Shown here: one piece after another, positions 37,901 to 47,800 of the stretch
How the letters are laid out: each line of letters starts with the position of its first letter
Numbering within the stretch: the stretch's first letter is position 1
Source of the DNA: an uncultured Bacteroidota bacterium
GTDB lineage: Bacteria > Bacteroidota > Bacteroidia > Bacteroidales > WCHB1-69
NCBI GenBank assembly: GCA_942493315.1
Contig: OW818690.1
Coordinates: forward strand, 2,311,275-2,375,274
Direction: 5' to 3'
Length of the DNA: 64,000 bases
Notes under the pieces: generated by a model
What the model was told of the DNA's origin: nothing
The model's database searches: none
What the model saw: the letters and a program-made list of their open reading frames with translations, nothing else
Program-made: the position numbers and the translations under genes

Positions 37901-38761
37901 GCTCATTGAGATACCACCACCATACATATTTCCATTAAGGTCATAAGTAGCTGTAAAACCCCAATTATCTGCAGTAGAAGCTGAATAAGTGGAAAAAATA
38001 AGTGTTGGATCAATAATAAGAGGAAGATCAGGATTATAATCACCCAATTCAAACACCAGAATATTTTTTTTCAATTTATATTGACAAGTGATCTCCTTTT
38101 TATTACCTGATTCATCTATCTGATATGCAAAAGGTTTCAATTCCTTAAATTCACCGATATCTGATTTTATAATCAATATATCATTTTTGATAGATAGCTT
38201 TAAATCAGCCAAATACTCCAGTTCAATTTGATTAGGATCACCTCCCGGTTGTACTATGAACTCGTATTTAAGTAATCCTTTATCTTCATAATATTTTAGA
38301 TCAACTTTTTTATACAGTTCTTTATATAAAATGGATTGAAAAACAGGTACATTGGAAGCCCATTTCGAGGGATCATTACCGATAAAATAGTTGTGATAAT
38401 AATTGTGCTTTTCTTGTCCACCAATTTTTACATTCTGTGAGCAGTTGTTAAATCTAATCTGATATGCAAAAGATGTAAAACTATTATCTTCACTCCCTGA
38501 TTTGGAGATTTGACCCATTTTGTGGTTATATACTTTTTGATAATAGTTAGGTTCAAGAACCACATTCGTTATTCTATCTTTTTCAAAGAAAAGAGTACTG
38601 TTTTGATAAGAAAGTTTGAATAAAATGGGGGATTCCCATTGGTTTTTATTTTCAATAAAAGCAATACTTTTGACTAATTCAGGATGGACATCTTGAGCAA
38701 CAATAGTTTTTATTATGGATAAAAATAGAAGTAATACGATGTTTTTCCTTACATAAGTCAT
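34979..38761 (-). CDS. Large T9SS cargo protein: SBBP-like beta-propeller repeats, PKD domain, Ig-like repeats and a type-B (gliding-motility-associated) C-terminal domain
   Basis: 1260 aa. Repeated ..NFPTT.NAYQ../GG..SD blocks (SBBP type). PKD signature [32 protein letters not shown]. The C-terminus [19 protein letters not shown]...[13 protein letters not shown]...GWDG matches the T9SS type-B sorting domain (TIGR04131-type). Confidence 0.85.
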   Translation of the reverse strand: [1260 protein letters not shown]

Positions 38762-38772
38762 GTTTTTGTGTT

Positions 38773-40878
38773 TTATTGAACGATAAGTTTCCCTCCTGCT
38801 TTACCGGTTTTTGTGATCAAATTGATATAGTAGAATCCTTTAGCAAAATCACTCACTTTTATATTTTGAGAAAAAGTTCCCCCTTCATGGTTGAACTGAT
38901 TTTGGTAAACAACTTTACCGGTTATATCTGTGATCAAACATCTGATTTGTTCAGGTTGATCGGTATAAAAAGAGAGGGTTGTGTAATCGGTTGCTGGATT
39001 TGGGAAATAGGTTAACTCTTTCAAGTTGGATTGATCTTCTATTCCTATAATAGCGTAATATTCTAGGGTAAAACCATCCGATTGTTTAAAGTTATCAGAA
39101 ACAAAAGTTACTTTAATTTTAGCAAAAGGAGCATTATTTACAATGTTATAGTTTGGAAGATTATATAAATCAAATCTTTTGTAAAATACAGGTGTATTGG
39201 ATGTTGCATCATAGATATCCACAAAATCACCTAATCCTAAGTTAAACTTAGGAAAAACATAAGCAAAACCGGTAACAAATGTTGGTTTGATATTCCATGA
39301 ACAAGAATGAGATGGTTTATAATCAACGCCTTCAGCACTTCCATCGGATATAAATGCATGAACCTGATAATTTAAATTTGTTGTTGCTGAGCAATCAGAA
39401 ATTTGTTGATTAGTAAAATAACTCATCAAAAAACCCTGGTAAGTATGGGTCGGTTTATTAGCATCTGTAGTGGTAAAGGTGATCAATACGCTATCAGCAT
39501 TTACAATAATGTTATTGGTTGGAAGGGTAGTTCCAGTAAAGGTACCGGCAATGCCACTGGCAGTAGTTGGACCATTATATATGGTTACATAATCAACATC
39601 AGGATAGACACTTAAACGATCAAATTTAAAATTATAGGTGGAAGCACCCGGAACGGCAATCATCCAGCTACAATCAGGATTAACTTGATAAGGTTTATTA
39701 GTAGAACCATCAGTAACATATCCGTTTGAAGCAGTTTGTCTTTTTAAATTTGCACAAAGATTAGGATAATTGGATGCAGGGTATAATTTTTTAACTACTT
39801 TAACATATTGATTGAAAGTGATTTGATCGTGGATAAAATAGCCATCACTAGAGCCACCCCAACCCCAGTTAAAGTGAAAATAGTTATCATCTCTATATCC
39901 ATCTGAAACAAAAGCGTGACCACCACCGGTTGATTGACCACTATATAATAACGGTCTAAGGGAATCTAACTCAATTTTTAACATGGTGACATAAATATCA
40001 GGATCATCTACAAACTCTTCAGGGCCTGTCACTCTATTATCTGAACTATATCCAAAATGTTCAACCATTTTTTGAACAGCTTCCTCAGTGTAGGCACCTG
40101 ATCCATCGGGACTATACCCCATTTGGCAAGCAACACCTACATGATATATAATCTTAGCGATTTCATTATTATAGCTTGTTGGTTCATTAGACATAGCATC
40201 CCAGTAATAGGTATGTTGATTAAAATGAACAGTTTGTCTTGGATAAGGAGTTGGAATATAAGAAGCACCACCGGCTCCCACTTGTGGATGACGATAATAG
40301 TTCATGATTTGAGCACAAGCTAATGCTACACAACCATTTGGAACGCGAAAATCGTAATAGGCACCTGAATTAATATCCCAGGGACAGTAAGTATTATAAA
40401 ACTTATTTTGATTCCAGGTAGTTGTGAGTAATGGCCCAACAACTACAGCTTTAGATTCATTAGGAATAAAATTTTCCTGAGTATAATGAGCCCAATCCAA
40501 TTGATTTTTTACAGGAGGAGTAGTTCTATTTTTTTCATGTTCGATAATTTGAGATTTATAACCTTCAAGCCAAAATCCAAGGGCAGGGTTCATTACAAAA
40601 GGTTTGTCAAAAGAGAAAGCTAAGATTGGATTTGCAATTTTTGAAGCAGAAACAATGACAAATCCGTTACTATTGATGTCAAAAATATAAAAAACGGGTT
40701 CATTATTGTTTGAAAATGTTTGATTTAAATTAATTCTAAAATCATTTTCAGATTTATAATCACTTTTTTCAAGTATGAAATTTTTAGCCACTTGTAAGGC
40801 TATTTGTTCCGGAACAGAACTTAAAAGTAAAAATTGAAAACTTACTAAGCAAAGGGTTAAGAGAAAAACTTTTTTCAT
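38773..40878 (-). CDS. Peptidase C10 (streptopain-family) cysteine protease with N-terminal Spi-type propeptide, two CUB-like domains and a T9SS type-A CTD
   Basis: 701 aa. Catalytic Cys context NGCVALACAQIMNYYRHP and His context GGGHAFVSDGY. CUB-like CSWMIAVPGASTYNFKFDRLSVYPDVDYVTIYNG and CSWNIKP...GDFVDIYD. CTD reads YFPNPATDYTTLSF...GFYYINLITKTGKAGGKLIVQ. Confidence 0.85.
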   Translation of the reverse strand: MKKVFLLTLCLVSFQFLLLSSVPEQIALQVAKNFILEKSDYKSENDFRINLNQTFSNNNEPVFYIFDINSNGFVIVSASKIANPILAFSFDKPFVMNPALGFWLEGYKSQIIEHEKNRTTPPVKNQLDWAHYTQENFIPNESKAVVVGPLLTTTWNQNKFYNTYCPWDINSGAYYDFRVPNGCVALACAQIMNYYRHPQVGAGGASYIPTPYPRQTVHFNQHTYYWDAMSNEPTSYNNEIAKIIYHVGVACQMGYSPDGSGAYTEEAVQKMVEHFGYSSDNRVTGPEEFVDDPDIYVTMLKIELDSLRPLLYSGQSTGGGHAFVSDGYRDDNYFHFNWGWGGSSDGYFIHDQITFNQYVKVVKKLYPASNYPNLCANLKRQTASNGYVTDGSTNKPYQVNPDCSWMIAVPGASTYNFKFDRLSVYPDVDYVTIYNGPTTASGIAGTFTGTTLPTNNIIVNADSVLITFTTTDANKPTHTYQGFLMSYFTNQQISDCSATTNLNYQVHAFISDGSAEGVDYKPSHSCSWNIKPTFVTGFAYVFPKFNLGLGDFVDIYDATSNTPVFYKRFDLYNLPNYNIVNNAPFAKIKVTFVSDNFKQSDGFTLEYYAIIGIEDQSNLKELTYFPNPATDYTTLSFYTDQPEQIRCLITDITGKVVYQNQFNHEGGTFSQNIKVSDFAKGFYYINLITKTGKAGGKLIVQ

Positions 40879-40912
40879 TTTTAATATATTATTCTAATTA
40901 ATATTTAAGACG

Positions 40913-40920
40913 CAAAGATA
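40913..40920 (-). promoter_or_regulatory. Candidate -7 box (TATCTTTG on the minus strand) for the C10 protease operon
   Basis: TAnnTTTG match 35 nt upstream of the ATG at 40878. Confidence 0.4.
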
Positions 40921-40942
40921 TGAAAAATATTCTCAATCTTTG

Positions 40943-40950
40943 TATCTTTG
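40943..40950 (+). promoter_or_regulatory. Candidate -7 box (TATCTTTG) for recR
   Basis: TAnnTTTG match 17 nt upstream of the ATG at 40967. It lies inside the TTG-started ORF-track model, which favours the ATG start. Confidence 0.4.
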
Positions 40951-40966
40951 CACAAAATTTATTCAA

Positions 40967-41584
40967 ATGCTTATTCAATATTCAAAGATTTTAGAGAATG
41001 CTGTTAATGAGATTGCTAAGTTGCCGGGAATTGGTAAAAGATCAGCATTGAGGTTAGCATTATACTTAACAAAGACGGACAAAAATGATGTAATGTTGCT
41101 TACGGAATCGTTAATTAAATTGAAAACGGATTTGCAGGTTTGTCATGTTTGCTATAATCTTTCAGATGAAGAAATGTGTGAAATTTGTAAAAATCCTAAA
41201 AGAGACCAGAGTTTAATCTGTATTGTTCAAGATATTAGAGATGTGATTGCGATTGAAAACACCAATCAATATCTGGGAGTTTATCATGTCTTAGGAGGGG
41301 TAATTTCGCCCATGGAGGGAGTTGGTCCAAATCAGATTCGGCTAAAAGAGTTGTTCGATAGGGTAGAAGGGAGCTCCATTCATGAAGTAGTGATGGCTTT
41401 ACCGGCAACACCGGAAGGGGATACCACCAATTTTTACATTTTTAAAAACATCAGAGAAAAAGTACCTGTTATAACTACTTTAGCTAGAGGAGTTGGTATT
41501 AATGAAGAGTTGGAGTATGCTGATGAGGTCACTTTAGGTCGTTCATTACTGACACGAACCGAGTTCGAAAAAGGGTTTAAATAG
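40967..41584 (+). CDS. recR: Recombination protein RecR
   Basis: 205 aa from the ATG at 40967. Contains the helix-hairpin-helix LPGIGKRSALRLA, the C4 zinc finger CHVCYNLSDEEMCEIC and the Toprim block ICIVQDIRDVIAIE. Confidence 0.93.
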   Translation: MLIQYSKILENAVNEIAKLPGIGKRSALRLALYLTKTDKNDVMLLTESLIKLKTDLQVCHVCYNLSDEEMCEICKNPKRDQSLICIVQDIRDVIAIENTNQYLGVYHVLGGVISPMEGVGPNQIRLKELFDRVEGSSIHEVVMALPATPEGDTTNFYIFKNIREKVPVITTLARGVGINEELEYADEVTLGRSLLTRTEFEKGFK

Positions 41585-41823
41585 AACTTAGATTATGAAT
41601 TTTTAGACCCTTATCAAAAGATATTGTTTAATGATCAGAAATACAGACACATGAGAGTGTTTTACATGAAGTATTAGTTTTTTTTAACAATATTTATGAA
41701 TATTTAACAACCTCCAAAGTAACTTTTTGAGTTTGAATTACTTCTTTGAAGTAATGGATGAAACAAGTCCCCTATTTCATTGAATATGGCATTTTTCTAA
41801 AATGATAACAGCTGTTTTTTCTG

Positions 41824-41831
41824 TAATTTTG
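41824..41831 (+). promoter_or_regulatory. Candidate -7 box (TAATTTTG) for giant gene 1
   Basis: TAnnTTTG match about 50 nt upstream of the ATG at 41882. Analogous boxes precede giant genes 2 (51146-51153, TAAATTTG) and 3 (59217-59224, TATATTTG). Confidence 0.35.
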
Positions 41832-41881
41832 CAGACTTTTTATGAAAATTCAAAATAAATATAAATATTAAAAATAAAAAA

Positions 41882-44800
41882 ATGATGAAAAAGATTTTTG
41901 TTTTTGTTTTCCTTTTACTGATAAATTTTATAGTAATAGGACAACAACAATTCAGTGGGGGATTAAATACACCTCCTACAACACCGGGTACGATACCGTA
42001 TTCATGCAATTTTGAAGATCCAAATGAGAATACTCAATGGGTCGTTTCTAATGACGTTTGTACAAACAAATGGTTCATAGGAGCTCCTTCAAATATTCAA
42101 TCTCCTTTATCAGGAAATTGTTTATTTATTTCTAATAATAATGGTACAACCAATGCTTACACTGTAGCTGATGAAGGCGTTGTTACCATTTCAAGACTAA
42201 TTCAATTTAATGGATCAAATGAATATACATTAAGTTTTGATCTATTTATTGGAGGCGAAAGTATCCACGATTATGTAAAAGTATTTATAGTAGATGTAGA
42301 TACTAATTATTCCGGATTAAATGGCTCTACTTATCCTTACTACGCAGTTGCTGCTTTTGGTACCAACCAATATTTAACGAACTATAATGGAACTGCACCC
42401 TATTTTAATGGGTACAATGGTTCTGCAATTGTAGCTGGAAGTTATCCTCAACAAGTTATTATCCCAAATCAAGGACCTGCAGGTACAATAAAAAAGTTGA
42501 TTATTTTATGGAAAAATGATACTAGTGGAGGAACAATGCCACCTGCATCTATTGACAATATTTCGATTGTACCTAATAACTGTGCAAGACCTACTCTATT
42601 TACAGCATCCAATTTTACACTTTCATCTATTGATTTTTCATGGACTGAAAATGGAACAGCTACCTCATGGAACATTCAATACAAATTATCTACAGAAACC
42701 AACTGGAATAGTGTTCAGGCTACAACAAATCCATACACACTTTCTACTTTAAATTCATCATCCACTTATGATTTCAGAATTCAAGCTGATTGTGGAGCTG
42801 AACAAAGCTTATGGACCAATAAAATTACAGCTTCAACATCTTGTGGTACTATTACTCAGTTTCCATGGAGTGAAGGTTTTGAAACAGCATGGACTACTAC
42901 AGCTCTTGCGCCTGGTAATGCAGTTGGACCCAATTGTTGGCTTAATTTTAGTGGTGGTTATGCTTCTACAACTTATGTTTGGAAAAAAACTACAACAGCA
43001 GCTTATATCAGAACAGGTGCTGCTGCAGCACAACAATCCACAGGTGGGGCCACTTACGCTTCTAATGATTATTTAATCACTCCTGTTGTTACTTTAACAG
43101 GAAATGAAAGACTCAGATTTTATGCAAAAGGGTACTCATCTTATATTGATAACCTTAGAATTGGAATTTATGATATTGCACAAAATGGTCATGATATTAA
43201 TGCAATAACTGATTCTTCTTTATTTACTACCATTTTACCAAATACCATTATTGAATGGACTAATTGGACAGAAATTATTATTCCACTTAATAATTATGTT
43301 GGTGATTTTAGACTTGCATTTATCAGAGATTTGATTGGTGGTTACTATTTAAATATTGATGATATTACTATTGAAACCATTCCTAATTGTCCACAACCGG
43401 TATCCTCTTCCATTGTTTTAGGTGTAAACACTGCTACTATCAACTGGGTGCCAGCTAATCAATCACAAGGATCTTTCTATTTATACTATAAAACAGCTAA
43501 TGTTTCTAATTATGATTCAGTATTAGTAAATGCAACTTCATATACATTTCAGAATTTAACTTCAGATTCGACTTATAGTTATTATATTACAGCGGATTGT
43601 GGTACAGAATTTTCAGCACCAACTCCTGTGAAGAAATTTAAAACGTTATGTTCAGTAATTACTACACTTCCTTATAGTGAATCATTTGATACTTATGGGA
43701 CAGGAACATCCACATTTCCAACATGTTGGTATAAATTAACCACAAACCCATCCTATCCAAGTATTTCTACTACCAATGCATCTGGTCCGGGATCTCTCTA
43801 TTCTACAATGGCTTATGCTTATGGATATAGTATTGCGATCTCTCCAAGAATTGATGCTTCAATTCCAATGAATACGATTAAAGCCACATTAAAATTTAGA
43901 GCTGCAGCTCTTGATGACACATTATATGTTGGGGTTATTACAGATCCTTATGATGTAACTACATTTGAACAAGTGGGATTTATAACTGTTTCAGCCATTA
44001 CAACATTTCAGGATAAAGAGTTCTATTTTACCAATTATACTGGTGCCGGTCAACATATTGCATTCAAAGGTGCATTTTCCGGTAATTCCTCTGCCATTTA
44101 CATTGATAATTTAGTACTTGATGTGATTCCATCTTGTCCAAATCCTACAGGATTAAATGTGTCCTCTTTGATGGATGTTCAAGTAGATTTAGGATGGCTT
44201 GAAAACGGAACTGCCACAACCTGGAACATCGAGTATGGTCCTAATGGGTTTACACCCGGAACAGGTACATTAATTTCCGGTGTTGGTTCCAATCCATACA
44301 CTATTACCGGTTTAACACCTCAAACCGCTTATCAGTTTTATGTACAAGCAGATTGTGGTGCAGGAATGTTAAGTTCATGGTCTAATGCATTCTCTTTTAC
44401 AACGGCATGTCCTTCAATTGCAACTCTTCCATGGGTAGATAATTTTGATACTTATGGTACAGGCGAAACTGTTTTCCCTGTTTGTTGGATCAGAAATACT
44501 ACAGTAACAAATCGTCCTTATATTAATACAACCAATTTTACTTCTCCGGGGTCTATGTATTTTTATGCTACAAGCGGCAATTATAACATTGCAGCTACTC
44601 CGATGATTAACGCATCTATTCCAATTAATACTTTACAAGTTAAATTTAAATACAGAAACACTAATTTAACTGATACACTTTTTGTTGGTGTTATGTCAAA
44701 CCCAATGGATGCATCCACTTTTGTTCCACTTGGTTTTGCCAGACACACTACAACAGCTACTTGGGTTGATAAAGAGATTTCACTTGCTAGTTATACAGGA

Positions 44801-47800
44801 ACCGGTTACTATATTTCCTTTAAAGTTGGAAATAATTCTTTAGCAACTTATGCCTATATTGATAATTTAGAAATTTCACTCATTCCATCATGTCCTAGAC
44901 CTACACAATTAAATATTTCAAACATAGCTCCAAATTCTGTTGATTTAAACTGGACAGAAACTGGAACAGCAACAACCTGGAATATTGAGTATGGGGCTCC
45001 AGGATTTACACAAGGAACTGGAACTATGATTACCGGTGTTTCAAGTAATCCATATAATCTTACCGGCTTAACAACACATACTACTTATCAGTTTTATGTA
45101 CAATCAGATTGTGGCGCAGGTGATATTAGTTTATGGTCCACTCCATTCACATTTACAACTTCTTGTGATGATATTACAACTTTACCATATACAGAATCTT
45201 TTGATGCTTATGGAACAGGAACCGGAACATTTCCAACTTGTTGGACTAAAATCACAACCAATACATATCCGTATATCAATACAACGAATAGCTCTGCACC
45301 TGGTGCAATGTATATGTATGCTGCTTCAGGTGCTTACAACTATATAGCAACAGCTGCATTTGATCCATCTATTTCGATCAATACTTTAAGTGCCTATTTT
45401 AAATTATATAAATCAAGTGCAGCTTATAATATCACTGTTGGGGTGATGTCAGATCCATACAATATGGCCACTTTTGATTCTATAGCAACTCTTACTCCTT
45501 CAGCCATCACAACATGGCAAACTATGAATGTTGATTTCACCAATTATTCAGGTACAGGACGTCACATTGCATTCAAAGTTCAAGGTTCTGGTGCAACCAA
45601 TGCTATGTATCTAGATGACTTTGCCGTATTACCAACACCTTCATGTTCTATTCCTACAGGATTAGTAGATTATGACACACTTTTAACCTCTTCTACCATT
45701 ACATTAGATTGGAGTGGTTCAGATGATGCAAACGTTCTATCATGGATTGTTGAATACAAACCATTAGATGCTACAACATGGCAATCTCAAATTGCAAATG
45801 CACATCCTTTTGTTTTAACAGGACTTGAATCAAGTGTTGTATATCAAATTAGAATTTCTGCAAATTGTATTTCAGGAGAAACTACTTATCCAACAAATCC
45901 TATTAATGTTGGTATGCCATGTGAATCCATTACTGCTTTCCCATGGAGTGAAGGTTTTGAAGAAGCCTGGTTTGTTGCTTGGGGATTAAATACAGCAACA
46001 CATCCTTGGTGTTGGACCAATATTAATGGTGGAACTCAAACAGATGGTGTATGGAGAAAAACTGCAACTGCTGCTTATATTCATACAGGTAATGGTGCGT
46101 TACAAATGTATAGTGGTTCAACCTCTGCCGGATTATCCGGAGATTATTTCATTACCCCTACTATTACTTTAAATGGAAATGAAAGAATCCGTTTTTGGGC
46201 TAAAGGTTATTCTACCTATACAGATATTTTGTCCGTTAAAATATTTGATGTAACAACAAATGGTATTGTTGATGCGGAAGCTGATACAAGTTTATTTGTT
46301 ACCGTTATGCCAAATACTACAATTCCAGCAAGTGCATGGACTGAATATGAAATCAATTTAAGCCAGTATGTTGGAAACTATCAAATCGCTTTTGTAAGAA
46401 ATACTACAGGTGGCTATTATTTGAATATTGATGACATTCTTATTGATACTATTCCAACTTGTCCTGATATTACACAATTGAATTTATTAAACACTACAAC
46501 TACTGATGTTTCATTAAATTGGACTTATAATGTAAATGCAGGTCAAGGTTTTGAAATCTCTTATGCTAATGTTAGTACCGGATTTGATCCAACAACAGGT
46601 ACTATTATTTCTGTACCGGATGGAACGCCTTTTCCATATACTATTTCCAATTTAACCCCCGGACAATATTATAGTTTTGCTATTAGACAAGCTTGTGGTG
46701 GAAACTGGTCCAATATTATAGTAACCAATACGGATGGTCTTCCTGCAACTTTACCATATACTTGTGATTTTTCAAATGTAAATGAACAAACAAGTTGGAA
46801 AATGACCAATGGAAATGCAACTAACAAATTTTATATTGGAACTCCATCAACTGTATATCCTCCAATCTCCGGAAATAATTTATTCATTTCAAACGATTAT
46901 GGTGTTACCAATACCTATACACTTACATCAACAAGTACTGCAGTTACTTCCAGATTAATTGAATTTACTGGAGATGCTGCTTACAGATTATCATTTGATT
47001 TGTATATAGGTGGAGAGTCAACATTTGATTATATTAAGGTATTTTTAACAGATCCAGATACAAACTTTATAGGTGCAAATTCTAAACCATATTTTGCTGT
47101 TAATTCTTATGCCGGAAACAACCAACTATTAACCAATTATAATGGAACAGCTCCTTATTTTAATGGTTATAATGGAAGTGTAATAACTGCTGGTAGTTAT
47201 CCAAGAGAGATCATTTTACCATCTCAAGGTCCTGCCGGAACAGTAAAAAGATTAATCATTGTATGGGCTAATGATGGCAGCGGTGGAACACCTCCTCCAG
47301 CATCGATTGATAATATTGAAATTGAAGCATTAACTTGCCCAATTCCAAATACTATTACAGTTTCAAATCTAACTTCAACTTCAACAGATGTTAACTGGAT
47401 CGATCCTTCCGGAACTGCTTCAGAATGGGTAGTGAAATGGAAACCGGTTTTATCATCAATCTGGGAAATGGCAACTGCATATACTACAACCTATTCCATT
47501 TCTCCATTAACACCAAATACAGCGTATAATGTAACTGTAGCAACCGTTTGTGGATCTGATACCAGTATTTATACTTCTACAAATTTCACAACTCCTTGTG
47601 CTGCTGTAACAACAATTCCTTATTCTGAAAGTTTTGATATTTACGGAACTGCTGCCGGAGCATTCCCTTCATGTTGGTACAGACCAGTATTGAATACTAC
47701 TACACCTTATCCTTCCATTGTTACTGCAAATGCTCTTAGTTCACCTGGTAATCTAAGATTCCAATCTGCATCAGCTGCATTACCAACTTATGCAATTACT

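Noticed and set aside
41797-42009. 70-aa minus-strand ORF overlapping the start of giant gene 1, and other antisense or alternate-frame ORFs inside large genes (for example 1105-1609, 42469-43076, 45096-45347, 52380-52929, 55710-56165, 56652-56915, 57014-57223, 57916-58134, 61051-61239)
   Set aside because: All are embedded in well-supported long CDSs, have biased low-complexity translations and lack independent signals. This is typical shadow-ORF noise.
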